IMG/VR virus record: IMGVR_UViG_3300037470_000717
Span: 1-52,316 of that record
Source of the DNA: a virus
Lineage: Duplodnaviria; Caudoviricetes
Strand: one strand, 5' to 3'
DNA: 52,316 nt
In this document: positions 8,575 through 18,131 of the stretch, piece after piece
Layout of the letters: every line of letters begins with the position of its first letter
How positions within the stretch are numbered: the first letter of the stretch is position 1
Position numbers and translations under genes: made by a program
The notes under the pieces: generated by a model
What the model saw: only the letters and a program-made list of their open reading frames with translations
Told to the model about the DNA's origin: nothing
Databases searched by the model: none

Positions 8575-9716
8575 CCCAAGAAAACAGCATGAACAAACGT
8601 AATGTAATCAACAGCCTTCGTGAATTGGGGGCCGAACTGGAGCGTGGTACCGAGGATTTCAGTGAGTTCGGGGATGTATCAGTCAAGGTAGATGGTGACC
8701 TTGTCCTGTTCTCATACACGCCCCCCTGTAATTTCAAACCACCTTCGGAATGGAACTGGCTGGAACGTACCAGCCGGGGACTCATCATGAATCGGCGTAA
8801 TGGCGAGGTCGTGGCGCTGCCGTTCCCCAAGTTCTTTAACTGGGGGCAGGGAGGGTTACCCGGTATCGAGGACTACACCATCCTCGAAGTGGCGCAGAAG
8901 TACGACGGTTCTTTGGGTATCCTGTATCGCAAGGATGGCGCCCTGCATATCGCTACCCGTGGTAGTTTTGACAGTGACCAAGCCAAGTGGGCGACTGAAC
9001 GGATACAGCGTGACTGCCCTCAACTCGAACACTTGCCTGATTCAATCACACTACTCTTTGAAATCATCTACCCAGAGAACCGCGTTATCGTCGATTATCA
9101 GGGGTACGAAGGATTGCGGATTATCGGTATTCGTGACCGAAAGACCGAAATCGATTACCTTGTGGGTGCCCAACACACCCGCCACGAGTTCGAGCGTTTT
9201 GTGGGTGGCCCCATTGTCTGGGGAGAAATTCTCTCGATGCCGGTCGACCCAATTGAATACTGGATAGGGATGGCTAACCTGTTGAGCGCAGAAAATGATG
9301 AGGGCTTTGTAGTACGCCTCTCCAACGGCGACCGCTACAAAATAAAAGGCATCGATTATCTTACCGTGCACAAGATTCTGTCGAGGGCGTCCTATAAGGC
9401 TGTGGTTGAGGGGTTACAGGCCGGGAACTATGATACGATGCGTGCGGTGGTGTTTGATTCTTTGGCGGTTGAACTGGACGAATGGCACACTGTCGCTGTT
9501 GAGGCTATCGCGCACGCCAATCAACAGGTAGAGGAACAGGGTGTTTCCTTGTCCGTTGTGAAACGCGAAGACCGGGAAGCACGCAAGGAAGTTGCCCAGA
9601 AGATAACCTCCAGCAACTTACCCAAGTTGTTACAGGCATGTTTGTTCAGGAAGCTGGATGGGCAGGATTATCAAGACCTGATTTATAAACACGTACTGGA
9701 GATAAGGAATGTTTGA
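8565..9716 (+). CDS. RNA ligase, T4 Rnl1-like
   Basis: SRGLI, FPKFFNWG, KYDGSLG (adenylated Lys), ATRGSF, LLFEII, EGFVV, YKIKG; start could be 8565, 8571 or 8589. Confidence 0.85.
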   Translation: MVVTQENSMNKRNVINSLRELGAELERGTEDFSEFGDVSVKVDGDLVLFSYTPPCNFKPPSEWNWLERTSRGLIMNRRNGEVVALPFPKFFNWGQGGLPGIEDYTILEVAQKYDGSLGILYRKDGALHIATRGSFDSDQAKWATERIQRDCPQLEHLPDSITLLFEIIYPENRVIVDYQGYEGLRIIGIRDRKTEIDYLVGAQHTRHEFERFVGGPIVWGEILSMPVDPIEYWIGMANLLSAENDEGFVVRLSNGDRYKIKGIDYLTVHKILSRASYKAVVEGLQAGNYDTMRAVVFDSLAVELDEWHTVAVEAIAHANQQVEEQGVSLSVVKREDREARKEVAQKITSSNLPKLLQACLFRKLDGQDYQDLIYKHVLEIRNV

Positions 9717-10889
9717 GTGAACTACCTTTCTTTATTCTCTGGTATTGGCGGTTTCGACCTTGGTTTCGACCGTGCGGGTATGCAGTGCGTCTGTCAGGTC
9801 GAATTTGACAAACATGCGGCCAGCGTTCTGGAAAAACACTGGAAACCCGTTACCAGATATAAGGATGTGAGGTATGTCAGACACGAAAGCGGACGGTCGT
9901 CAAGGAACTGGGAATGGTGGGACTGGCTCCCAGATGTCGATGTTGTCACTGGTGGATTCCCGTGTCAGGACGTGTCCATTGCCGGACGCAGGGCGGGACT
10001 GGCTGGAGAGCGAAGCGGACTTTGGTTTGAATTCTATCGCATTCTTGCAGAAACTCGCCCCCAATGGGTGGTTGTCGAGAATGTCCCCGGTCTGCTATCC
10101 AGCAATGGAGGACGAGATTTTGCCATCATCCTTCGAGGGCTGGTCGAACTCCGGTATGGCGTCGCTTGGCGGGTGCTTGACGCTCAATATTTCGGACTGG
10201 CCCAGCGACGCAAACGTGTGTTCATTGTCGGAAGTCTTGGAGACGGACGTGCCGCACAAGTATTATTTGAGCCAGAAAGCGGCGAGAGGCATACTGCGCC
10301 GAGCCGAAAAAAGGGGCAAGGAAATTCAAGGGCTTTTACTCACCGCGCTGGAACGGGTAGCGAAACAGACATAGCACCACCCCTTGACGTAAAATCGAAA
10401 GATGGCATTATGCGCAATCAGGGGGCACTTGGAATTGTAGATGTGGCTAAAAGTATTATGACTCGCGAAGGGTTTAGTCATAGAGAAGACCAAGACAATT
10501 ATATTCCTATTGCCTTTCACAACCGCCAAGACCCCGATGTAAGCGGCGAGATAACACACCCGCTTGGAGCAAAGGCACTAAAGGCCAATGCGTCCAAAAG
10601 CTATCAAGGGGTCGTGGCCCCTGCCCTTACGGCAAGTAATGACCCCTCCCGCAGTCCGCAATCATCCGAGGTTACTCACCAAATTGAGGCAATAAACGCA
10701 GCAGGCATGGGCGTTCGTCGCTTAACCCCGTTGGAATGTGAACGATTACAGGGCTTCCCGGACGGGTGGACAGAGGGGCAGAATGATACCCAACGCTACA
10801 AACAATTGGGCAACGCCGTGGCTGTACCAGTCGCAGAATGGATAGGTCGACGGATTAGGGAGGCGGAAACGGGGTATAATCCTTTGTAG
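9717..10889 (+). CDS. dcm: DNA (cytosine-5)-methyltransferase
   Basis: LFSGIGG (I), GFPCQ (IV), ENVPG (VI), QRRKRVF (VIII), RRLTPLECERLQGFP (IX), QLGNAV (X). Confidence 0.92.
   Translation: MNYLSLFSGIGGFDLGFDRAGMQCVCQVEFDKHAASVLEKHWKPVTRYKDVRYVRHESGRSSRNWEWWDWLPDVDVVTGGFPCQDVSIAGRRAGLAGERSGLWFEFYRILAETRPQWVVVENVPGLLSSNGGRDFAIILRGLVELRYGVAWRVLDAQYFGLAQRRKRVFIVGSLGDGRAAQVLFEPESGERHTAPSRKKGQGNSRAFTHRAGTGSETDIAPPLDVKSKDGIMRNQGALGIVDVAKSIMTREGFSHREDQDNYIPIAFHNRQDPDVSGEITHPLGAKALKANASKSYQGVVAPALTASNDPSRSPQSSEVTHQIEAINAAGMGVRRLTPLECERLQGFPDGWTEGQNDTQRYKQLGNAVAVPVAEWIGRRIREAETGYNPL
9874..10374 (+). CDS. Nested alternative-frame ORF inside the C5-MTase, probable beta-type second polypeptide
   Basis: 166 aa wholly inside dcm in another frame; AAGGA 8 nt before the ATG; ends in LSEVLETDVPHKYYLSQKAARGILRRAEKRGK. 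Confidence 0.6.
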   Translation: MSDTKADGRQGTGNGGTGSQMSMLSLVDSRVRTCPLPDAGRDWLESEADFGLNSIAFLQKLAPNGWLSRMSPVCYPAMEDEILPSSFEGWSNSGMASLGGCLTLNISDWPSDANVCSLSEVLETDVPHKYYLSQKAARGILRRAEKRGKEIQGLLLTALERVAKQT

Positions 10890-10916
10890 TAGGGATGTGC
10901 ACTATCCTAGGCTCAA

Positions 10917-10952
10917 GAAAACGCCCCCAATTAAAACGGGGCGTTTTCGTTT
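10917..10952 (+). terminator. Intrinsic terminator after dcm
   Basis: GAAAACGCCCC / GGGGCGTTTTC stem followed by Ts. Confidence 0.65.
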
Positions 10953-11009
10953 GAAATCTTTAAGGTTCACAGGTCTTGTAATTTATGGCAAACCGTGTAT
11001 AATTACATT

Positions 11010-11210
11010 TGTCTGTGGTCACGTTGAGGGTAGCTTTAGACCATTCTTTGAGAATGGGCAAGGCAAGTTCCGAGATGCATTCGCAGACTGGGCGATAGGC
11101 TGGATGAGTTGCCCCCCACCAAATAGGCCAATGAGGTGGATTAATGGGCATAGTTGAAAGCCACGCACGCACGCACGCACGCCGGGGTTGCAACCCCGGC
11201 GTTGATTTTT
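11010..11210 (+). ncRNA. Candidate ~200-nt structured non-coding RNA
   Basis: TTGTAA-16-TATAAT (10976-11003) upstream; internal hairpins; perfect 24-nt palindromic hairpin 11179-11202 followed by a T-rich tract; no RBS-led ORF. Confidence 0.4.
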
Positions 11211-11325
11211 AAGGGGTCTCCTGTGCGAGAAGGATGCCATTAATTTTTCCGACTGACCTCTTATATCGCGCGACTGAAACAAAATCCCCGGATGCACTTT
11301 GGGGATTTTGTGTTATAATTTATCT

Positions 11326-11398
11326 GCTTCCCAAGCCACCAGTTCCACCTCGTATGTCGAAACCGTCCGGCAAATCCTGCGCTGGACGGTTTCGATTT
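11326..11398 (+). ncRNA. Candidate ~70-nt small RNA
   Basis: TGtTATAAT at 11311-11319; C-rich single-stranded 5' part; 15-bp stem 11357-11395 followed by TTT. Confidence 0.35.
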
Positions 11399-11494
11399 AA
11401 ACCAGAAAGCCCCGATTATCTTTTTTCAACCATTGCTTAAAAGCCTTGATTTGATATACTAACTAAGCAACAGCGGCGCCGGGGTAAGGACGAT

Positions 11495-11962
11495 ATGCAC
11501 TTACTCCAATTCCTTTTTTATACTATCCGACACAAGTTCTGGGTTTTCTATGCGGGGATATTCATTGTTCGGGATGTGTCCCTCTGGCGCTTAATTGTTC
11601 ATGACCTGTCAAAGTATCACCCGATAGAATTCTTCAATGGCGCTATTTACTATTATGGCCCTGACCAGACGCGCTACCGGGAGAATTTCCGGCGCGCGTG
11701 GTTACATCATTCGCAGCGTAATGACCATCACTGGGAATACTGGGTGGTCAGGTCACCCCACAAATGGTCAGATGGGCCGATGCGGATGCCGCATGCAGCC
11801 GTGCGCGAAATGGCGGCTGACATTCTGGGTGCCAGTCGAGCAAAGACCGGCAATTGGGATGCGACGAATTTCCTGTGTTCCATGATGCCGTCTTGGAACA
11901 TCCACCCTGCCAGCCGTCACGAGTTCCTCGAAATCATGCACGAAGTGGGTATCACAATATGA
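11495..11962 (+). CDS. HD-like hydrolase (DUF5662-like)
   Basis: HK...VHDLSKY...AWLHH...NDHHWEYW...EMAAD; AAGGA RBS. Confidence 0.7.
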   Translation: MHLLQFLFYTIRHKFWVFYAGIFIVRDVSLWRLIVHDLSKYHPIEFFNGAIYYYGPDQTRYRENFRRAWLHHSQRNDHHWEYWVVRSPHKWSDGPMRMPHAAVREMAADILGASRAKTGNWDATNFLCSMMPSWNIHPASRHEFLEIMHEVGITI

Positions 11963-12771
11963 CCGAAACCCAGCAATCACCGCCTAATATTCGGGAAGGG
12001 CAATGTATTGCCCGGAAGAAATCCTGCCGGAAGTGCGGCCACCGGTACCCCAAAGAAGAACGTCCATTTTGGTATTGCCCGGAGTGTGGAGAACCACGCC
12101 GGTGCACCAATAAGGCCAAGGCCGGATTTGATGTCTGCCATATCCATGGCGCGGCGGCTGGAGCCGCGAATACAAAACCCGTACATGGAAAACTGCTTAT
12201 TCACAGCAAACTACAGGCGGCTTATAACCGGATTTTTCTTCATCCGGATTTGTGGGATACCTCCGAACAGCAGGCCATCCTGAATGTGCAGTATGAAACT
12301 GTGTTGAACAGTATCGGGGAAATCGAGAGCAATGGGCAGGGCGTGGATATTGAAACCATAAGTGCAGTATTGGATAGGCTTGAAGGAATGGCGCGGTCTA
12401 TCGAGAAGGGGGTCGGTTATAAATTGCTGTCGCCAATCATGGAGATACGCAATCATCTAACACCTGAATATCGAGAACAATCTTTGTGGAGCCGATTAAA
12501 TCAAGTTGGGGAGCATATCCGGAAGAATGCCGAATCGACCAAGCGCTTTTTGAAAGACAGTGAAATGATGGTGTCGGCTGCCGAACTCATTGAAATGATG
12601 GCATGGCTCCAGACCATTGCGTTCCGCTTCATGCCAGACCCGCAGGTTCGCCGGGAGTATGTTCTCACTATACGTGAGGCGCTTCCGACCAAGCGGCAGG
12701 TCGAGGCCATAGAAGCCCAATTTACCGAAATAAACCAGTCTGCGGATGAACTAATCGAACCGGACGATTAG
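11959..12771 (+). CDS. Probable terminase small subunit with N-terminal Zn-binding (HGGxSTG-like) domain
   Basis: Immediately upstream of terL; C..CRKC..CPEC..C..CHIHGA followed by a helical region; ATGA overlap. Confidence 0.6.
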   Translation: MTETQQSPPNIREGQCIARKKSCRKCGHRYPKEERPFWYCPECGEPRRCTNKAKAGFDVCHIHGAAAGAANTKPVHGKLLIHSKLQAAYNRIFLHPDLWDTSEQQAILNVQYETVLNSIGEIESNGQGVDIETISAVLDRLEGMARSIEKGVGYKLLSPIMEIRNHLTPEYREQSLWSRLNQVGEHIRKNAESTKRFLKDSEMMVSAAELIEMMAWLQTIAFRFMPDPQVRREYVLTIREALPTKRQVEAIEAQFTEINQSADELIEPDD

Positions 12772-12772
12772 T

Positions 12773-14431
12773 ATGGCCCACATACCTGCGGGCGTACCTA
12801 AAATTTCAGATAAGCTGGCTTCGATTCTAGATGAGCATTATCTGATGGAACTCGAAGAAAGTAAGTTTGATGATTCTGCGCGCGAGAAGATAGACCTTGC
12901 GCGGCACAGTGTCATCGATTTTGTAGAGTATACATTCCCCGGCTACAAAACCGAACTGTTCCACCGGCATGTAGCGTCCGAACTTGACCGGGTGGTCAAC
13001 GAGACGCTGGAGGGAAAATCAAGCCGGGTGATGCTCTTTGCTCCCCCGCAGCATGGTAAGAGCGAGTTGGTATCGACCCGTTTCCCGCCTTACTGGTTAG
13101 CGCGTGTTCCTGACATGCCCGTTGGCATGATTTCGTATGCCGGTAAGCTGGCCCGACGCAATAGCCGGGCTGCCCGTGATGTGCTTACGTCTCCCCAGTA
13201 TCGGGACGTTTTCCCGCATATGATGCGGAACCCGAACAATTGGCGTCTGGACGAATGGCATGTCCTGAACCATAAGGGTTATGTGCTTCCAGCCGGTGTG
13301 GACGGCACGATGACCGGGTACGGTTTCGGGCTGGCGATTGTCGACGACCCCATCGAGAACTGGGCGGCAGCCCAGTCCGACACCATTCGGGAAAGTCTCT
13401 GGCAATGGTGGCACGGCACCCTGAAAACACGTCTGTGGGAACACGGGTCTATCGTGTTCATGATGACCCGCTGGCACGAGGCAGACCTTGCGGGGCGACT
13501 GCTTGAAACCGAAGGCACTATCGAGGAAGGTGGCCGTTGGCGTGTTCTCTCCTACGCTGCTTTGGCCGAGAAGGAAAACCCGGAACTGGACATCAAGCCA
13601 GACCCGTTGGGCCGTGAACCCGGCGAACCGCTTGCACCATCCCGCTATTCTAAATCCTATCTGGAGCAACTGCGCGAAGACGAACCGCGCATTTTTATTG
13701 CGGAGTACCAGCAGCGACCGACCGAACCCGAAGGACAGATGTTCAAGACGTCGCGCGTCAATATCACTAGCATACTGCCGGATGATATGGTCAAACTGTC
13801 TGAAAATACCGAGGGACAGGACGAACGCGGCAGTTACACCTATTACCAAGAAATCGAACAAATCCTTCCCGGACGGCATATTACCTATGTCCGCTACTGG
13901 GATATGGCTGCCACAGCCGAAGATATGTTCGGGAAAGACCCCGCCTATACCGTTGGCACCTTGATGGCCCGCTATGATACTGGCCGCAAGTACCTCAACA
14001 AAGAGCCGATTTATCAACTGTATGTGTTAGATGTGGTTCGTCGACGGCTTGCGCCGGAGGGCGTGGCTGATATGGTAACCAGCACAGCGGTAGCGGATGG
14101 CGAGTTTGTTAACATTGTTATTGAACAGGAACCCGGTTCTGCCGGCAAAACCGTGATTGTATCCTATCAGAACATGTTAGCCGGATACCATGTTTCTGCC
14201 GACCTGCCTTCTGGTAAAAAAGAAGTCCGTGCGAACGCGGTCACGACCCAGTTCAACAACGGCAATATACTGGTATTCAAGGCGTCGTGGAACCGGGTAT
14301 GGTTGAATGAGTTAGCTTCCTTCCCGCTTGGGAAGTTCAAAGACCAAGCTGATAGCTTTGCTGGGGCTTATAACTGGCTGCTGGCGAATAAAAAGCGCTG
14401 GCGTGGCTCCAAGTTCAAGAAACTTGGATAA
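12773..14431 (+). CDS. terL: Terminase large subunit
   Basis: Walker A APPQHGKS, Walker B AIVDDP, MTRWH, RNase H-like RYWDMAA, IEQEPGSAGK, KDQADSFAGAY. Confidence 0.93.
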   Translation: MAHIPAGVPKISDKLASILDEHYLMELEESKFDDSAREKIDLARHSVIDFVEYTFPGYKTELFHRHVASELDRVVNETLEGKSSRVMLFAPPQHGKSELVSTRFPPYWLARVPDMPVGMISYAGKLARRNSRAARDVLTSPQYRDVFPHMMRNPNNWRLDEWHVLNHKGYVLPAGVDGTMTGYGFGLAIVDDPIENWAAAQSDTIRESLWQWWHGTLKTRLWEHGSIVFMMTRWHEADLAGRLLETEGTIEEGGRWRVLSYAALAEKENPELDIKPDPLGREPGEPLAPSRYSKSYLEQLREDEPRIFIAEYQQRPTEPEGQMFKTSRVNITSILPDDMVKLSENTEGQDERGSYTYYQEIEQILPGRHITYVRYWDMAATAEDMFGKDPAYTVGTLMARYDTGRKYLNKEPIYQLYVLDVVRRRLAPEGVADMVTSTAVADGEFVNIVIEQEPGSAGKTVIVSYQNMLAGYHVSADLPSGKKEVRANAVTTQFNNGNILVFKASWNRVWLNELASFPLGKFKDQADSFAGAYNWLLANKKRWRGSKFKKLG

Positions 14432-14514
14432 AACCAATGGTCGCGGTCGTTGGAGCGTGGTAAGAATGCGGTTGTCAATATCCTGTAACAAAGGTATGCT
14501 AAAATTGGTGATGT

Positions 14515-16980
14515 ATGGCTAAGAAATCCAATATCAAACCCAATTCAAAAACATCGTCTGGGCGTCGTTCGCCCGAAGCGCCTTATTTGCGGCGCCTATG
14601 GACACCATGGATGTCGCCATCTGGTCTGACCGGGGAACAGTGGCGACGCACCGTACGTCAACAGCCTATCGCGGAGATATGCCGTGATGCTTTGATTATG
14701 AATTTGGTTAATCTGGAATATGACATTAATGTCATTGACCCGGATGTCGACACCACATCCCGCAAGAAAGATATCCAGTATTACATGGACTTACTGGAGA
14801 ACGCCGAAGGTGACTTCGACAATTTCATTGACTTGGTCGGGCAGGACTTGCTCGACCTGCCGTTTGGCGGGGCAGTTGAAACTGTCCGGGAGAATGATGA
14901 CCCGGAAGGTCGTATCATTGAACTCTGGCATATTGATGCCGGCACGCTGTTTCCTACGCTTTACCCAGAAGTTCCTGTCGCGCAACGTCCCCCCGACCGG
15001 GTGAACACGATTTATTACCCGTCTCATGCAATTGGACGGCTTCTCATGTCGCCGCGCCCGGAATTGACCGCGAAAGGATGGGGGATGGCGCCCCCTGAAA
15101 AGATATATCTTGCCATCCGCATGTTGTACACTAAAGATGAATATAGCGCCAAAATGATGGTAGATACCCCGGAGGCGGGTATCCTCGACCTTGGGGATAT
15201 GTCCAAAGAATCGGCGGAAGAATGGCTGGACAGTTTCCGGGAGATGTTTACCGGGATAGACCCCTTCAAAGTCCCGGTATTATACGAACACACCACGACT
15301 GCTAAATTCATCCCCTTTGGCCGCTCTCCGGCGGATTTGATGGTCGATAAGACCGCACATACCTACGCCCAGATGGTGGCGGCGGGCTATGGATTGCGTC
15401 TATCCGACATTGGCCTCGAAGACCAGCAGGGTGAAAAGACCATGGCGGGGGTTATTCGGGGAGAACGGCAGTCCAAGCGTTCGGGCTATGCGACCGTTGA
15501 GGCCAAGTTCGAGAACTTTTTCAATCGTCTTCTCAAACCCGAAGGGTTGAAGTTCGTGTGGATTGCGCAGGACAGCGAAGATAACGCCATGCGTTCGCGC
15601 GGTATGGCCGTGGCGGTCACTGCCCTGAATAGTGCCATTGAATCCGGGATTATTTCTCGTGAAGAAGGCCGTCAGCAATTGATTGCAGATGGTCACTTTA
15701 CCATTGGCCTCGACCCGGACGATATGCCAGAACCCCCCGCGCCCACAGGGGGGGGAGGGATACCGGGTGTCGGTAGTGGTTCCGGGGCACAGGCGTCAAA
15801 TACGGATGAGAGCACCGACCGCGTACCCGCTGCCGAAGGCGGACGGGGGGTTGTTGCGCGTACTATTAATCGGTTTTTCAATCGCCGACAGATAGAACCG
15901 GAGCCGGGCATCGTTCCGCCGACCATCGCGGATACAGCGGAAGTCTTCAAGAGTGAGATGAATGAAGCATTGAATTATATAAATAGCCGCATGGAGGCGT
16001 CGCAGGTGAAGCGCCTTCTCCGGCCAGCGGTCAAAGCATTACTGCCGACCGTCGCGCGCGTATTTCAACAGATGACCAGCCCGGAAATCCGGAGTTACTG
16101 GCTTCCCCAGATGGAAATGGTTACGTTCGGGGGCGCAGAGGATACGGATTTCTCACCAGAAGCACAGGCAATTCTGCGTGCTGATGAGGAAGACTATGAG
16201 AAAGCATTGGAGAAACTACTTTCCAAGGAAGACTGGTGGTCAATTGATACGGCCATCAGCCGGGGCGGTATCGCAGCAGTTCTAGCTCGTGCCGTTGAGC
16301 GCGGGCTTTATGAAACGGCCATCGAAATGGCGACTATTTTGTACGAGAATGGCATTATTAGTTCTACCGCCTTAATACGGTTGTCGTTTGAACTCACCAA
16401 TCCGCAGACCCTTGCTAATCTGGACGCCTATGCCGGCGAGTTCATTCGCCGGATTGATGACGGCACCCGGTTTTATATCCGTCGTGCTATTCTGGGGGGT
16501 GTCCGGGAAGGCATGGCAAGCGACCGGATTGCCAACCTTATCCGACAGGGTGTAGGTCTGGACGAGTTGCTGGAAGACGAAGGCTTTGTTAATGACGCCG
16601 TTGAAGCGGCGCGAGAGAAATTGCGCTCGATTACACCATGGCGGCTGGAGAGCATTGTCAACACGGAGATAAACCGGGCCGAGAATGACGGACGCTTGCT
16701 CCAAATCAAGAAACTGGGGCTTGGTCAGAAGGCGTGGCGACATCTCGGAGGTCGGGGCACCACCGAAGCAGGTAATGAACATCCTTGTGTGTATTGTGCT
16801 GGCAATGAGGAATTGGGGTTTGTTCCATTGGACTTCATGTACGACACGGTTTTCGGAGAAAAAGAATCTCCGACCCCTCCGGGACACCCCAGAGTGTGCC
16901 ATTGCACTATTCTCTTTAACAAAAATGAGTTGATAGATTCAATTAAAGGTGATACATTCACCCCATATACAGGGGACTAA
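14515..16980 (+). CDS. Portal protein fused to a C-terminal MuF/gp7-like head morphogenesis domain
   Basis: Follows terL; portal-like N-terminal ~400 aa (GWGMAPPE, GIL, KFIPF); Pro/Gly linker; C-terminal IVNTEINRAEN...CVYC...PPGHPRVCHC MuF signature. Confidence 0.8.
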   Translation: MAKKSNIKPNSKTSSGRRSPEAPYLRRLWTPWMSPSGLTGEQWRRTVRQQPIAEICRDALIMNLVNLEYDINVIDPDVDTTSRKKDIQYYMDLLENAEGDFDNFIDLVGQDLLDLPFGGAVETVRENDDPEGRIIELWHIDAGTLFPTLYPEVPVAQRPPDRVNTIYYPSHAIGRLLMSPRPELTAKGWGMAPPEKIYLAIRMLYTKDEYSAKMMVDTPEAGILDLGDMSKESAEEWLDSFREMFTGIDPFKVPVLYEHTTTAKFIPFGRSPADLMVDKTAHTYAQMVAAGYGLRLSDIGLEDQQGEKTMAGVIRGERQSKRSGYATVEAKFENFFNRLLKPEGLKFVWIAQDSEDNAMRSRGMAVAVTALNSAIESGIISREEGRQQLIADGHFTIGLDPDDMPEPPAPTGGGGIPGVGSGSGAQASNTDESTDRVPAAEGGRGVVARTINRFFNRRQIEPEPGIVPPTIADTAEVFKSEMNEALNYINSRMEASQVKRLLRPAVKALLPTVARVFQQMTSPEIRSYWLPQMEMVTFGGAEDTDFSPEAQAILRADEEDYEKALEKLLSKEDWWSIDTAISRGGIAAVLARAVERGLYETAIEMATILYENGIISSTALIRLSFELTNPQTLANLDAYAGEFIRRIDDGTRFYIRRAILGGVREGMASDRIANLIRQGVGLDELLEDEGFVNDAVEAAREKLRSITPWRLESIVNTEINRAENDGRLLQIKKLGLGQKAWRHLGGRGTTEAGNEHPCVYCAGNEELGFVPLDFMYDTVFGEKESPTPPGHPRVCHCTILFNKNELIDSIKGDTFTPYTGD

Positions 16981-17013
16981 TCCGACCAAGCGGTGCCGGG
17001 GTAGAAGGAAATC

Positions 17014-17808
17014 ATGGACGAAAAAAACGAAGGAACTTTAATCCTCCCAGAAGGCATGAACTATGCCGAAGCCCTCGATTGGCTGTCTGCCAACTTGCCG
17101 ACCGGTAGTGAACTTGACGATTATGCCCGTTCGCTCCCGCAGAAAGTAGACGATTACCAATTCAGCGGTACTGTGGAAGGCCGCCGCGCTGTATTGGCGG
17201 CTTTTATTGCTGCCGCATCTGTCAACCCTGTTTCGGACGAGGGAGAAACACCTGACGTCGACAACCTCACCCCGCCAACCGAGGAAGCAGTGCCCCCGGT
17301 TGCTATCCCGCTATCTCCCAAGCCCCAATCAACCGCCAAGCCCTCTGTCGCCGCCCCTACTTCGGCACGTTCTGCTGCGGCAGGTACCCCGGACTACGAG
17401 CAATTTGCTCATCTCCAGCGTAACCTTACCGCCGCCAATCCACCCGGTAACCCGGCAACATCCCCAGATGTTAATATCGATAGCTTCTGCGACTATGCCG
17501 CACAGCGCTATTTCCGAAAAGGGTTCCGGTTGAGAAACGCCAAACACCTCCGGCGTGTGTTGGTGGGGGAAACCCCCGGCCACGAGATGATTTTCCTGTT
17601 CGAGAAATCAGACATTCCTCACAGTGAAATGGCTGTCAAAGTTGCACCCATTCCCACCTCCGCCTCCATCGTGGGACTTAATCCCAATGCGTGGCTTTCA
17701 GACATGAGAAATAAAGGCTTCGAGTTGATTCATTTTGATGTGCCTTATAGCGGTGAAGGGCAGATGGGTGAACCGGTGACCTATGGCTTGTGGGTGATGG
17801 CACGCTAA
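17014..17808 (+). CDS. Hypothetical protein with Pro/Ala-rich linker
   Basis: AAGGA RBS; 264 aa; TAATG overlap with the next gene. Confidence 0.7.
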   Translation: MDEKNEGTLILPEGMNYAEALDWLSANLPTGSELDDYARSLPQKVDDYQFSGTVEGRRAVLAAFIAAASVNPVSDEGETPDVDNLTPPTEEAVPPVAIPLSPKPQSTAKPSVAAPTSARSAAAGTPDYEQFAHLQRNLTAANPPGNPATSPDVNIDSFCDYAAQRYFRKGFRLRNAKHLRRVLVGETPGHEMIFLFEKSDIPHSEMAVKVAPIPTSASIVGLNPNAWLSDMRNKGFELIHFDVPYSGEGQMGEPVTYGLWVMAR

Positions 17809-18119
17809 TGGATGCAGGGCGGTTGGTTTTTTATCTGGGTGCTTCGTTCTTTCTGACGTGGTTGCTCATGACCAGTGGCCCGACCCGACGCCTGTGGGCG
17901 CTTCACCCGTTCCTAAGAGAATTGGGAAGCTGTGACTTCTGTTTAGGGGTGTGGGTGTACACGTTCTTTGCGTGGCACTTCGGCCTGAATATCCTGTCCC
18001 CTATTTATATTCCCCTCGTGGCCGAACTGGTGACCGGTGCGGTCGCAGCCTTTCTGGCACATCTTGTGCACGTGGGCTGGATGTTCAAATATGGGACAAT
18101 GGTAGTAGAAGGCGAATAG
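17808..18119 (+). CDS. Membrane protein with CxxC (DUF1360-like)
   Basis: ELGSCDFCLGVWV motif between hydrophobic helices. Confidence 0.6.
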   Translation: MDAGRLVFYLGASFFLTWLLMTSGPTRRLWALHPFLRELGSCDFCLGVWVYTFFAWHFGLNILSPIYIPLVAELVTGAVAAFLAHLVHVGWMFKYGTMVVEGE

Positions 18120-18131
18120 GAGGTTTGCGGC

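Noticed and set aside
10897-11157. 86-aa ORF after dcm
   Set aside because: Crosses a terminator and a promoter, has a weak RBS and no motifs
13770-13880. Intein or intron in the terminase
   Set aside because: The extra segment is short and lacks intein terminal motifs and a homing endonuclease
13097-14017. 306-aa antisense ORF in terL and similar antisense or nested ORFs elsewhere
   Set aside because: Overlap well-supported genes and show no recognisable motifs; only 9874-10374 had independent support
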